64,000 nucleotides of DNA from a virus (IMGVR_UViG_2595698222_000001:1-64000), one strand, 5' to 3'; positions 39,524 through 50,151 are shown, counted from the first letter of the stretch. The notes: generated from the letters alone by a model not told the origin. A program made the numbers and translations.

Positions 39524-39844
39524 TTGGAGGTGATAGATATGATGTGTTTCACAGAGCAGCAGAAACAGGAAATTGTACATACAGGAATGCTTGTTGTTGA
39601 GTTCAAGAGGTCAGTTGTTAAGGCCAGCGAAGCCGTGAAAGAGGTATTTGAGTTTGTGAAGGATGTATTGCTGCAGCTGGCAGATAGAACCACTAAAAGG
39701 CTACAGGTAATTCATCGGGGATATCAGAAATTACCTCTAAAAGAAAAATATAAAGCGGTCCGCAGGCTAGACAAGTGCGGATTCACTGAAAAAGAAATTA
39801 ACCTGATGGTAGGGGGAACATACCACTGCCGGAATAATTGTTAG
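39524..39844 (+). CDS. Hypothetical protein
   Basis: RBS GGAGGTGA before MMCFTE. Confidence 0.5.
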   Translation: MEVIDMMCFTEQQKQEIVHTGMLVVEFKRSVVKASEAVKEVFEFVKDVLLQLADRTTKRLQVIHRGYQKLPLKEKYKAVRRLDKCGFTEKEINLMVGGTYHCRNNC

Positions 39845-39858
39845 GGAGGAGTTAGAAG

Positions 39859-40113
39859 ATGAAAAACGTAATTGCTATTGTGGTAGCTGGTATTAGCTTT
39901 TTATTGTGATTCTACGTTGGTGGCTGGCTCCTGTTTATACAGCCGATTATATCTGCCGGTCATGCTTTTGACGCCGGTACATTAACTGCAACGATTATTG
40001 GCTTGACCATTATCAAGTGTATGCTTGCAGCTGCTGTGGGTTCAATTATCATTTGGCTTGGATGTACAATAGCTGGGTTCATTCAGCTGATTGGAGGGCG
40101 TAAGAGAAAGTGA
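39859..40113 (+). pseudogene. Small membrane protein with an in-frame TGA at 39907
   Basis: MKNVIAIVVAGISFLL*FYVGGWLLF...; the hydrophobic frame continues to a stop at 40113. Confidence 0.6.
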
Positions 40114-40397
40114 TTTTTACATATTTCGGAATTGTCCTGTTCTTTATCACTGAATGGGCGCAATTCAAAAAGGAACGGCCGACATCAGCTTTCAAGGGCC
40201 ATGCGTTGTCCTTTGAGGCTGACAGGTCGAGGCACCCAGTATAGCTGGTGCTAAGCGAAAGATGTGTAACTATAAAATATCTTTGAAATTTTAAATCACT
40301 AAGTGCCAAACTTAAAAATTCTTTCGCAGGCCAATGGCAACGAAGCAATGATGGTAAGTTGCTGAAAAGTCCATCAGAGTGATCAAAATGTACTAAC

Positions 40398-40530
40398 TCC
40401 CCATAGCTGAATGCTTGTCAGGGGCCGTCACTGGCCCGTGGGGATTTGCCCGGAAACGGGCATTGACGTTTTACTATCCTTTCACCTCATAGCTGTTTGC
40501 TGTTAAGGCGGAGCAAATCCGCCGTGAGGT
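40398..40530 (+). ncRNA. Tandem tRNA-like mini-elements separated by a GAAA hairpin
   Basis: Two copies of 7-bp stem, AGCUG-nnu-GCU linker, 5-bp hairpin and closing strand, at 40398-40444 and 40484-40530. Confidence 0.5.
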
Positions 40531-40657
40531 TTTGGAACAGTAAGTCCATGCAGTATGCGTATTGATTCCCATTTTGGAGTGGTCGGTACGCAGCTGGCAG
40601 ACGTGTCACCTGCAAGGCAGTTCCTAAGTGAAGTCAAGGCATTTTGCACATTGGAAA

Positions 40658-41762
40658 TTGAATATTGCTGGTTGGTGAGTTATAATATATTCAACACGAA
40701 TGATTAGGGGGTTTTTATGGACAAGCGATATCAGATATTTATAAGTTCAACATTTACTGATTTGAAAGATGAAAGAAAGGCGATTATTGAAGGACTTTTA
40801 AATGCAAAGTACATACCTTCAGGCATGGAGATGTTTGCAGCTTCTAATGATGAACAATTTAAGTATATAAAGAAAATCATAGATACTTGTGATTATTACG
40901 TACTGATTGTAGGGGCAAGATATGGTTCGATTAATCCTTCCACAGGTAAAAGTTTTACTGAGCAAGAATATGATTATGCTGTTGAAAAGGGCATTCCTGT
41001 ATTAGCTTTTCTTCATGATGATCCATACAATCTTCCAGCTGAAAAACGAGAAGATGAAAAACGAGAATTATTAGACAAATTTAGAGCTAAAGTATCTAGT
41101 GGTCGCTTATGTAAGATGTGGCATACATCGTCAGAACTGATATCGTCAGTAATTATTAGTCTGGGTGAGGAGGTTGCCGACAACCCGCAAATTGGGTGGA
41201 CGAGAGGTAATGTTGAAGATAGTACTATACTATTGTCTCAACTTAATACTCTTAGGCTGGAGAAAGAGAAAGTTGATAAATCGTTTAAAGAACTAAGAAT
41301 AAAATATGATGAATTGACAAGAGATAGGGAAGATTTAGCTTCCGGAAGTGAACATTATGTTATTCTAGGAACAGAAACGATTTACGAATCAGGTGCATAC
41401 GGAAACCGGAGGAGTAGATCAATATCAAGAAGTAAATCCTTGTCATGGGATGAAATATTTTCAGCTGTTGGGCCACACTTATTAGCTCCAAAGACCTTAC
41501 ATGGTTTTAAGTCTGATTTAATGTCATCTATAAACGCTGCATATGATGCTGGGTTTTCGTTTTTGAATGATGACTGTGTTCAAACAATTAAGATACAGTT
41601 ATATGCCCTGGGGCTTATTACTGTTTATCAAGCAAAGCAAACTAGTGGGAGCGTTGTAGAGGGCATTGTTATAACTGAAAAGGGAAAGAAATATTTGACG
41701 GAATTAAAAACAATAAAAAAGTAGAAATTCACCAACCATCAATATTCGGTGGTTGGTTTTTT
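40658..41762 (+). mobile_element. Framed moron cassette 3
   Basis: GAATATTGCTGGTTGGTGA (40660-40678) against TCACCAACCATCAATATTC (41729-41747), 18/19 inverted match. TTGAAT-17-TATAAT promoter. Terminator at 41731-41762. Confidence 0.78.
40717..41724 (+). CDS. DUF4062-domain protein (TIR-like fold, candidate defence effector)
   Basis: YQIFISSTFTDLKDER...GME...CDYYVLIVGARYGS...SFTEQEYDYA. Confidence 0.88.
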   Translation: MDKRYQIFISSTFTDLKDERKAIIEGLLNAKYIPSGMEMFAASNDEQFKYIKKIIDTCDYYVLIVGARYGSINPSTGKSFTEQEYDYAVEKGIPVLAFLHDDPYNLPAEKREDEKRELLDKFRAKVSSGRLCKMWHTSSELISSVIISLGEEVADNPQIGWTRGNVEDSTILLSQLNTLRLEKEKVDKSFKELRIKYDELTRDREDLASGSEHYVILGTETIYESGAYGNRRSRSISRSKSLSWDEIFSAVGPHLLAPKTLHGFKSDLMSSINAAYDAGFSFLNDDCVQTIKIQLYALGLITVYQAKQTSGSVVEGIVITEKGKKYLTELKTIKK

Positions 41763-41995
41763 ATTGCGAAAATGAGGAGGTTGGAATGAATATGGAAAAG
41801 AGTCAACCAGTTGTAATATATCGTTGCCGCCAGTGTGGAATTGAATTTGAAAGAGAAGGGATCCATACCGGAAATTGCAGAGTAAATGGTGTTGATGTTC
41901 CGGTTGGGCCAGTTAATGTATATCACTGTTGTGGTGATGGCATATTTGGCCTGGGCGATTTGATCGGAGGATATGAGGTGAAAAATGAGCATTAG
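41753..41995 (+). CDS. Small Cys-containing protein (true start near 41786)
   Basis: YRCRQCG. Confidence 0.5.
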   Translation: MVFYCENEEVGMNMEKSQPVVIYRCRQCGIEFEREGIHTGNCRVNGVDVPVGPVNVYHCCGDGIFGLGDLIGGYEVKNEH

Positions 41996-42227
41996 CAGAG
42001 TAATTGAATCAATAGAGCGTGATGCATTCAGCCGCTCCATGAATCTTCCGGAAAATGGATTTGACGGACAGGCGGATGTAAAAGTGTTCCCAGATGGTAG
42101 TCGTTGGGCAACGTGCCCATGGTGTGATAAGAAAGCGATAAAAATACTACCAGAAACTAAAATTCATATGATGCCATATAAATGTAAGAATAGTAAATGC
42201 GAAAAAGAGTTTATAATTAATCTCTAA
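41985..42227 (+). CDS. Zinc-ribbon protein
   Basis: CPWC...CKNSKC. Confidence 0.6.
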   Translation: MSISRVIESIERDAFSRSMNLPENGFDGQADVKVFPDGSRWATCPWCDKKAIKILPETKIHMMPYKCKNSKCEKEFIINL

Positions 42228-42356
42228 TGAAATTATTGACAGAACGCATCTATTTATGATAGTCTGAAAGAAGAAAAAGTATAAAGTCTGATTTAAACCA
42301 GAGCCTAGTGAGCCTTCGGACCTTTGTTAATAAACAGAGGAAGGAGGCTCTTTTTA

Positions 42357-44024
42357 ATGGATTTTCATGAACACAAAGAAATAATCAAAAAGTTAAAGCG
42401 GCAGATTGAAACGCCGCCTTCTTACGACATTCTGAACATTCTGTTATCAGAACTCCAATATACAATGCAAGATAATCCGGATTTGCCAGTTGAGGACCGG
42501 GACTTTATCATGGCCTATTCCGGGTTTATCAAGAAATGGGCGGTTACAAGGTTTGTCCAGACCATGGAAATTCGCTGGGACGATTTGTACTGGAAAACAT
42601 TGCATTTTGAAGCTCCTTTTTTGTTTGAATCTTATCTGATTTACCTGGAGAAGAACCGGGAAGCAAAAGACCGCTTTTATTTACCGAAACGCAAGCAGCT
42701 GAATAAGCATGGCTTGATTCAGGCAATGCAGGATCTGGAAGATGATAGGTTAGATATCTTAAGTATATCTATGCCGCCAGGGACGCAGAAGACAACCTTG
42801 GAGAAGTTCTTTGCATCGTGGGTAATAGGAAAGCATCCTGATGATTTTAGTTTGTTTTATTCTCACAGTGGGGATATTACGAGAATGTTCTATGACGGCA
42901 TATATGATATCACTACAAATTCAGATGAATACACTTGGAGCGAGATATTCCCAGATGTGAAACTTGAAAGCACAAATGCCAAGACAGAGACAATTAATTT
43001 TAATAAATATAAGCCTTTCCCCAATATTCAGTGTACCTCCATTGGTTCAAAAAATGCCGGTAAGGTTAGGTGTAACCGGTACTTGTATTGTGATGATCTT
43101 ATTGGCGGCATTGAAGAGGCTCTGAATAAGATCAGATTAGACAAACTCTGGTCTTTGTATAGTGTTGATGGTAAACAGAGAAAGATGGACGGCTGTAAAG
43201 AAATTCATATTGCTACAAGATGGTCCGTCCATGATGTGATTGGAAGAATAAAGAATTTATATCACAATAGTGACCGGGTGAGATTCATTAAAGTTCCCGA
43301 TATCGATCCGATTACTGAAGAATCAAACTTTGACTATGAATATAATGGTTTTTCAGTTGCTTTCTTCAATGATCAGGCACTGGCCATGGATGATATTTCT
43401 TATAAGTGTCTATATAAAAGCCAGCCAATTGAACGTGAAGGCTTGCTATATCATGAAGATGAATTAAGGCGATACTTTAAACTTCCAGAAAGAGAGCCTG
43501 ATGCTCTTCTTGGTATTTGTGATACGAAGGACAAGGGGGCAGATTATATGTTCCTACCTTGCGTGGCCCAGTATGGAAGCGATTATTACTGCTTAGATTG
43601 CGTTTGTGATGATAATTCCGACTATGGTGTTCAGTATGAAAGGTGTTCTCAGATAATAGTGAATAATAAGCTGCAGCAGTGCCAGTTTGAAAGCAATAAT
43701 GGCGGTAGCCGTGTTGGGTACGAAGTAAATAAACTGGTAGAGCAGAAAAACGGCCGTTGCAATATTACCACTAAATTCACTGATAGCAACAAGGAAACGA
43801 AGATTATCGTAAATGCGGACTGGGTGAAAAAGCATGTTTTGTTTAAAGATTCTTCACTCTATAAAGCCAAAAGCGATTATGGTATAATGATGAGTTTTCT
43901 GCTTAGCTATTCTGTAAAAGGCAAAAATCCGCATGATGATGTACCTGATGGTTGGGCGCAGTTTGCATTGTTCACACAGAATATGGGTGGCGCTAAAGTC
44001 ACAGCTTTTCGAAGACCGTGTTAA
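42357..44024 (+). CDS. terL: Terminase large subunit
   Basis: ISMPPGTQKT Walker A, YCDD Walker B, TRWSVHDVIG, FESNNGG, HDDVPD. Confidence 0.92.
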   Translation: MDFHEHKEIIKKLKRQIETPPSYDILNILLSELQYTMQDNPDLPVEDRDFIMAYSGFIKKWAVTRFVQTMEIRWDDLYWKTLHFEAPFLFESYLIYLEKNREAKDRFYLPKRKQLNKHGLIQAMQDLEDDRLDILSISMPPGTQKTTLEKFFASWVIGKHPDDFSLFYSHSGDITRMFYDGIYDITTNSDEYTWSEIFPDVKLESTNAKTETINFNKYKPFPNIQCTSIGSKNAGKVRCNRYLYCDDLIGGIEEALNKIRLDKLWSLYSVDGKQRKMDGCKEIHIATRWSVHDVIGRIKNLYHNSDRVRFIKVPDIDPITEESNFDYEYNGFSVAFFNDQALAMDDISYKCLYKSQPIEREGLLYHEDELRRYFKLPEREPDALLGICDTKDKGADYMFLPCVAQYGSDYYCLDCVCDDNSDYGVQYERCSQIIVNNKLQQCQFESNNGGSRVGYEVNKLVEQKNGRCNITTKFTDSNKETKIIVNADWVKKHVLFKDSSLYKAKSDYGIMMSFLLSYSVKGKNPHDDVPDGWAQFALFTQNMGGAKVTAFRRPC

Positions 44025-44030
44025 GGAGGA

Positions 44031-44474
44031 TTGATTATGAAATTGACGAGGGAATATTTAGCGACTTATACATATCTAGAATCCGAAATTAAGCGTCTCA
44101 GGCGCAGGATAAAATACTATGAGAGTAATCCGTTGACTTCTGAATATGGGATTGTGAAAGGATCCCTGCAGCAATTTCCATATACGGAATGCCATTTCGT
44201 AGTTTCAGGGGCAAATGTGAAATCAAATGAGGAAAGAGAAAAGGCGGTACGTCAGCTCCTAATTGATTTGAAAGGCAATGAACAACTTTTTGAAGATATG
44301 AAACTGGAGATAGAGTGTTTTCTTGAAAAGCTGGGACCGGAACAGCTGGAGATGAAGCAAATTCTGTATTTTCGATATGTTGAACGATGGTCTTATGATG
44401 AGATTGCAAGAGAATTAAATTACGATAGAACTACTGTTCAAAAGAAAATTGATAGGTTATTAGACTTAATGTAA
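44031..44474 (+). CDS. RinA/ArpU-like late transcription activator
   Basis: ILYFRYVERWSYDEIARELNYDRTTVQKKIDR. Confidence 0.75.
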   Translation: MIMKLTREYLATYTYLESEIKRLRRRIKYYESNPLTSEYGIVKGSLQQFPYTECHFVVSGANVKSNEEREKAVRQLLIDLKGNEQLFEDMKLEIECFLEKLGPEQLEMKQILYFRYVERWSYDEIARELNYDRTTVQKKIDRLLDLM

Positions 44475-44590
44475 TATTATAATTGCATACACATAGTTAC
44501 CTGAAATGTATTCTATGTATTTTAATATTATTGGTATTTTATTTATTGGTAATTTGTGATAAAATTAAGCATTATGGGGGGTGCGAACTA

Positions 44591-46051
44591 ATGAAATTAA
44601 TGGATTATGAATTTGGTTTCGCTGATGCGACAAAGGAGTATATAAGGAAACCAGAAATATTTGAAAATGCTTTTTGTGATACAAGAAACATCGTAGAAAA
44701 ATTGATTGATGGATATGAATTTTTATTGATTGGAAGGAAAGGAGTTGGGAAGTCTGCGTATAGTAGCAAGATTCAATCAATAGCTAAACTTTCCAATACT
44801 GAATTAATAGCAAAATTAATGAATTTAAATGACTTTGAATTTAGCACATTCGCGAAGACGGGAATTGACAACGATGTTTCAGGAACCCAAAAATATAAGA
44901 GTTCATGGGATTTTATATTATTGTTTGCAATATATAAAGTATTATTTAATGATTTACAAATGACAGAATCTAGTGCCATAAATGATGTAGTGTTTATGCT
45001 TGATCAAGCTGGATTCTCTTTGGATAATGAATATAAAACTGATATAGTTCGATTAACAAAAATAAAAATGGGTGTTGGAGTAGTTAATTTTGATGCGGAA
45101 TTCGAAAAGAAATATAACTCATCTCCAAGTAATTATTTAGAAAGAATTTCAGTTATAACAGAAAAAATGCTGTATGGAATTTCAGATGCATACTTAAATG
45201 AAAGAAAAGTTGTAATTATTATAGATGGCTTAGATGATGTTTTAAGATATAAAAAAAATAAAGCTGAAATAATATCTAGCCTGATTAGAAGTGTAGACTT
45301 TTTAAATGACAAGTGTGCTCAATTTCATAAAAAAATAAAAATAGTATTACTTATTAGAGAAGATATTATTGCCATGTTAAATGATCCTGATCTAAATAAA
45401 ATAATACAAGATGGTGCTATTATTTTAAATTGGAGCAATCGATTAGAGGAATTAAAGAAAATTGTAGACTTACGATTTCAATTATCAGGTATGTCAGAAT
45501 CGAATGCTCTGAAGTGTTGGGATAAGATTTTTCCTCCAAAGATTAGGGGCAAAAGCACATGGTTACATGTCCTAGATCATACACTATATAAACCAAGAGA
45601 TATTTTGCAATTTCTAAAATATTGCCAAATGGAATATCCAAATAATGAAACATTATCACTTTCGGATACACAAAATTCTCTCAAGGTATATTCAAATAAA
45701 TATTTTATCGAGGAAATGAAAAATGAATTGTCGGGATTTATTGATGAAGAATTGATATATCTAATACCTACTGTATTTAGAAGATTGGGCGGAAGAGCAT
45801 TTGATTTAAAAGAGATAGTACGTTTATTTGACGAACAATGCAATAAATGTGTTACCGAAGATTCAATTAAAACTTTGTTGCTATATTTATTTGATGCTGG
45901 TTACATTGGACAGCTTGTATCAAATGGAAATAAGAATGGGACAAAGAGATCAGTGATTTTCAAATATCGTAATCCAACGGCAAGAATTGACTATTATCAA
46001 AAATTTATAACACATCAAGGTTTGCATAGTGGTTTAGGTGTAAGATTGTAA
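44591..46051 (+). CDS. P-loop ATPase moron (candidate anti-phage)
   Basis: GRKGVGKS, IIIDGLDD, LLIREDI, KPRDILQF. Very low GC. Hairpin at about 46053-46088. Confidence 0.8.
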   Translation: MKLMDYEFGFADATKEYIRKPEIFENAFCDTRNIVEKLIDGYEFLLIGRKGVGKSAYSSKIQSIAKLSNTELIAKLMNLNDFEFSTFAKTGIDNDVSGTQKYKSSWDFILLFAIYKVLFNDLQMTESSAINDVVFMLDQAGFSLDNEYKTDIVRLTKIKMGVGVVNFDAEFEKKYNSSPSNYLERISVITEKMLYGISDAYLNERKVVIIIDGLDDVLRYKKNKAEIISSLIRSVDFLNDKCAQFHKKIKIVLLIREDIIAMLNDPDLNKIIQDGAIILNWSNRLEELKKIVDLRFQLSGMSESNALKCWDKIFPPKIRGKSTWLHVLDHTLYKPRDILQFLKYCQMEYPNNETLSLSDTQNSLKVYSNKYFIEEMKNELSGFIDEELIYLIPTVFRRLGGRAFDLKEIVRLFDEQCNKCVTEDSIKTLLLYLFDAGYIGQLVSNGNKNGTKRSVIFKYRNPTARIDYYQKFITHQGLHSGLGVRL

Positions 46052-46194
46052 AAAGGGATTCCCCGGACATGCCGGACGGGAATCCCTAAAAGTAGCTACT
46101 CTTTCATAGTATATCTTGAATATATATGATTTATTCAAAGATTGCAAGTCCTTTTTTTAAAAAGTGATATTTTTTGATTTAGAATTGGTGAAAC

Positions 46195-46234
46195 ATTCCC
46201 ACAATTCCCATTTCTAATATGATAAAATGATATC
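46195..46234 (+). promoter_or_regulatory. Late promoter copy 1 (tail tip-lysis operon)
   Basis: ATTCCCACAATTCCCATTTCTAATATGATAAAATGATATC; 35/40 identical to 62033-62072. Confidence 0.72.
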
Positions 46235-46269
46235 GTGGTATATAATAAAAAGAAAGCGTTGTCGCAGAG

Positions 46270-46701
46270 ATGACGCTTTTTGTTATGTCTGGAGGTGGGA
46301 ATTTGACGTTTGAAGGCTGGCTGCTTAAGATAAACGAAAAAGTGTTTCCAAATGAATTGATAGCTCTGGAATCATATAAGTGCACGCCGGACCAGATAAT
46401 GGACCTGGATCCCTACCGAGATGGAAGTGGAGAACTACATCGAAACGTATTACCGCATACAGCTACGTCCATCGAATTTTCCACCACACATCTACGATTG
46501 AGAGATGCTGACAAGTTGAACGGGTTTGTTCCTCATGGCGTCCGTGTTAAATGTGAAATTGAATATTGGAATCCCAATACGTCCTCGTATAAAGCGGGGG
46601 CGTTTTATATTTCCGATATTCCGTATGAGATTGTAAATGTTGATGAGAAAAGAAAGGATATACTCTACAAACCGATTAAGATAACTTTAACCGAATATTA
46701 A
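46270..46701 (+). CDS. Distal tail-type protein (start probably TTG near 46302)
   Basis: RDGSGELHRNV...EYWNP...FY...ITLTEY; precedes the large tail protein. Confidence 0.6.
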   Translation: MTLFVMSGGGNLTFEGWLLKINEKVFPNELIALESYKCTPDQIMDLDPYRDGSGELHRNVLPHTATSIEFSTTHLRLRDADKLNGFVPHGVRVKCEIEYWNPNTSSYKAGAFYISDIPYEIVNVDEKRKDILYKPIKITLTEY

Positions 46702-46714
46702 GGAGGTCGGTTCT

Positions 46715-48706
46715 TTGCTGAATATTCCAGAAGAAATTAAAGCCTTGTACCGAGCAGATAATTTAAGTACTGCCACACAAAGGCATCTGAAGCTTCGGTT
46801 CTATGATGGGAAGATTAATCTCCCGGAAGATGTTCTTTTTCATAAAGAATCATTACCGGTTGACCAGGAGCCAATATATGTTATTGATAATAGCCAGATA
46901 ATATCCGAATCCCTTACGATAGAAGAAAATTTATGTGCAAGCCCGGACTTGAAATTTGGAGAATGTAATTCAACACAGTTTGATATAGTGGTGGCTGATG
47001 TACTACTAGATCTGACCGGGAAAGAATTTATACTTACGGTTGAGGTTGGTGGCTATGAAATGGCTATGGGGGTTTACAAAGTAGATAGCTTTGTTCGGGA
47101 ACAAGCTGATAGGCGGCGTAAGAAAATTGTTGCCTATGATCGAATGTTGAAATTTGACGTTGACGTGGCGGAATGGTATCAAGGTCTGTCCTTTCCCATG
47201 ACCTTGAAACAGTTCCGGGATTCACTGTGCGCGTATGTCGGCGTTACTCAGATCTCCGTGATATTGCCTCTTGACGATATGCAGATTACAAAAACCATTG
47301 ATCCGGAGCAGTTGGATGGCCGTAAGGTTTTAATTGCCATCTGTGAAATAAATGGTTGCTTCGGAAACTTTGATAAGATCGGCCGGCTTACATATAAATT
47401 TCTGGGTTTTTCAGGTTTGTTTCCGTCAGAGACTTTATATCCGTCTGATGATTTGTTTCCATCAGAAATGACCAACGCAGAAAATTTGTCACGGTACAAA
47501 CAGTCTGAAACCTATTATGAGGATTTTGTAACAAGACCATTTAACAAAGTGCAGATTCGGCAGGAGGAAGGTGATGTAGGGGTTTCTTACGGGTCGGGAA
47601 AAAACTGCTATATTATTCAGGGGAATTATTTGGTTTATGGTAAGTCAGCAGAAGAACTTCCATCAATTGCGGCAACGGTATATGAGCAGATATCCAGGAG
47701 GATATATAAACCAAGTCATATTGTAGGCCCGGCACTGCCATGGGTGGAGGTTGGCGATGGCATTATTTGCTATACCACCGATGATGTTATTGAAACTTAC
47801 TGTCTTAAGCGTACTATGAAAGGTATTCAGGGCATGATGGATACCTATGAATCTCAAGGAAGTAGTGAGCGGGAACAGAGTTTCGGACTTGGTGACCAAA
47901 TTATTCAACTTGAGGGTAAGGCGGCTGTTATTAAAAAGTCTGTGGAAGAAGTATCCGTAAGGGTAACTGACCTGAAAGCAGAAACCGAAGCAAAGTTCGC
48001 TATTACCGCTGAACAGATCCTTGCAGAAGTCACCAGGGCAAAGCAGGCAGAGGCTTCTTTGAGCATCAGGGCGGATCAGATTGCTTTATCCGTGACAAAC
48101 CTTACCAATGATACTAATTCACGGTTTATGCAGACAGCCGAACAGATCGCCCTTAAGGTGAGCAAAGGGCAGGTATCTTCACAACTTTCAGTAGAGAGTG
48201 ATAAGGTTACGATATCCAGCAACCGGCTCATTGTAAACAGTACAAATTTTCAACTTGATGGCAATGGAAACGCCACATTTAGCGGAAAGGTTCAAGGTGC
48301 GCAGGTTGTAGGTTCTTCAATAAGCGGTGGTTCAATCAATATAGGTGGCGGTACTTTCTGGGTGGATTCCGGAGGAAATGCAGCTATTAACGCAGGACAA
48401 ATAAATCTTGGAAGTGTAAATATAAATCCTAATTATTCTGATCTGGGGGCGTTTAGGGTTACTAGTCAAAGGTATGGAGCAATCTATAGTGCGAACGGTG
48501 AAATAGAACTCGTGACAAGTCAAAATGACGGAACCGGTCCGGCATTAATATTGAAAAGAGGTGGAAATGTATCAACCAGGGTTGGATATGGAAGTATAGT
48601 AACTGGAGATATTTGGTTAACTAATCGAAGTGATTTTTGGGGAGGTTGGACAATAACTGATGAAATAATATTATTACATAATAGGGTTTTTGGAACGAGT
48701 TATTAA
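46715..48706 (+). CDS. Baseplate hub / tail spike protein
   Basis: Hub-like N-terminus, coiled-coil (TAEQI repeats), Gly-rich beta-helix C-terminus. Confidence 0.75.
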   Translation: MLNIPEEIKALYRADNLSTATQRHLKLRFYDGKINLPEDVLFHKESLPVDQEPIYVIDNSQIISESLTIEENLCASPDLKFGECNSTQFDIVVADVLLDLTGKEFILTVEVGGYEMAMGVYKVDSFVREQADRRRKKIVAYDRMLKFDVDVAEWYQGLSFPMTLKQFRDSLCAYVGVTQISVILPLDDMQITKTIDPEQLDGRKVLIAICEINGCFGNFDKIGRLTYKFLGFSGLFPSETLYPSDDLFPSEMTNAENLSRYKQSETYYEDFVTRPFNKVQIRQEEGDVGVSYGSGKNCYIIQGNYLVYGKSAEELPSIAATVYEQISRRIYKPSHIVGPALPWVEVGDGIICYTTDDVIETYCLKRTMKGIQGMMDTYESQGSSEREQSFGLGDQIIQLEGKAAVIKKSVEEVSVRVTDLKAETEAKFAITAEQILAEVTRAKQAEASLSIRADQIALSVTNLTNDTNSRFMQTAEQIALKVSKGQVSSQLSVESDKVTISSNRLIVNSTNFQLDGNGNATFSGKVQGAQVVGSSISGGSINIGGGTFWVDSGGNAAINAGQINLGSVNINPNYSDLGAFRVTSQRYGAIYSANGEIELVTSQNDGTGPALILKRGGNVSTRVGYGSIVTGDIWLTNRSDFWGGWTITDEIILLHNRVFGTSY

Positions 48707-48769
48707 AATTTGAAGAGAGGTTGAAATTAAAAGAAAAACTGGATATAATAAGGTTAAGGAGGGGTTAAA

Positions 48770-49327
48770 ATGAAAAATATCATTAGGCTACCACTAATAA
48801 CAATATTATTAATAACAATATTTTCTTTTAATGCATTCGCCATGAATAATGAATACATTGCACCTGAACGGCAAACACCATTAAACGAAAAAAGGAATGA
48901 AGATCGTTCACTTGATTTTAGATGGACCTGGATAAGTGATGATTCATGTGTTCGATTTAGAACAAATGAAAACGTAAATAAAGCTAGAATTGATAAAATG
49001 TATGAATTAGGAGCATTGCCACAGTGGGCAGAAGACGGAAAAGATGGTTATGGAGTTGTTAAAAAACGATATACCTATTCTGGAAAGTGGGTACAAGCTG
49101 CAGATGGTATCTGGTCTTTTTTGTTTGATGATTACACAATTCCAGTAGGTGTAACACTAATTGATGGCGTACTGTATGCATTTAACACCTATGGAGAACT
49201 GAAAGCTGATTATGAGTACTATGATGGTTTAAAAACTAAGGCAGACGGCTTGGTAAAAGCGGACAGTGCAGAATTTACCCAATGGCTCACAACTCAGTAT
49301 CTTCCAGAATGTACAAGCCACGAATAA
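48770..49327 (+). CDS. Exported protein with cell-wall-binding-like repeat (moron)
   Basis: Signal peptide ending AFA; GKWVQ...WSF...IDGVLYAFNTYGEL. Own promoter-like region and terminator at about 49340-49370. Confidence 0.7.
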   Translation: MKNIIRLPLITILLITIFSFNAFAMNNEYIAPERQTPLNEKRNEDRSLDFRWTWISDDSCVRFRTNENVNKARIDKMYELGALPQWAEDGKDGYGVVKKRYTYSGKWVQAADGIWSFLFDDYTIPVGVTLIDGVLYAFNTYGELKADYEYYDGLKTKADGLVKADSAEFTQWLTTQYLPECTSHE

Positions 49328-50151
49328 GAGGTTGCAAGCAAGGAGCAGTAGATTTTCCCCTGCTCCTTTCCTATGTCAAGAAATGAACAGTGGTTTTTAG
49401 AGTGAGAGGATTATAATTTGATTAAGTCCTCGCCTATTCATTATTTGCCATAAATTTAGGGAGATTGATTGAACTGGTTATGAAATCAGAAGGAGCATGT
49501 TAATTGCTACGGTCCTAAAACCTGTTTTTCAACAGACCAGATACAGGATTGTTTTATTAAGGTTCCTATTTACGAACAGTTAACTATGTTCAGTGAAATC
49601 ATTACAAGATATTAAGGAGGACATACATAAGTATGAATACATATGTAAAGCTGGAAGTGAAGCAACTATTGACACATCTGTGTTTTGCAAGGACTTTAAA
49701 GAAAAAAACATGAAAATATTTCTGTGGCCCCGAATTGTATCTGTATGCGTTCCATATATCCCAGCGGCTTTATTTTGGAAGTGAAAGAGCATGCAGAAAG
49801 GGTTATTATAAGGACTAACCGTGAGTTGATTGATAACGATAATGGGGGCTTTTTGTGTTTCTGAAGAGTGATTCAGATAAAAATACAAATGGAGAGCGAG
49901 GATTGATTCCTCGCTCCTTTTGTATGCCTTTTGTATTGCAAAACGTCAAAATACTATTAAATTTAAATTTCAAAAGGCCTTTTGAGTAAAAACTATTTGA
50001 AAAACGTATGTTCTTATAGTATGGTCATATTGTAAGAATAAATGAAAAAGCTACATTCTAAGTGGCAAGTGGGGTTTGTTAGCGATACTAAATAAACTCA
50101 AAAAGCTTTTACACTTACAGAAAATAAAAACGCAAAGGAGAAGATATTACA

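Noticed and set aside
39870-39879. AATTGCTATT core match
   Set aside because: Lacks the flanking arms and lies inside ordinary codons (VIAI).
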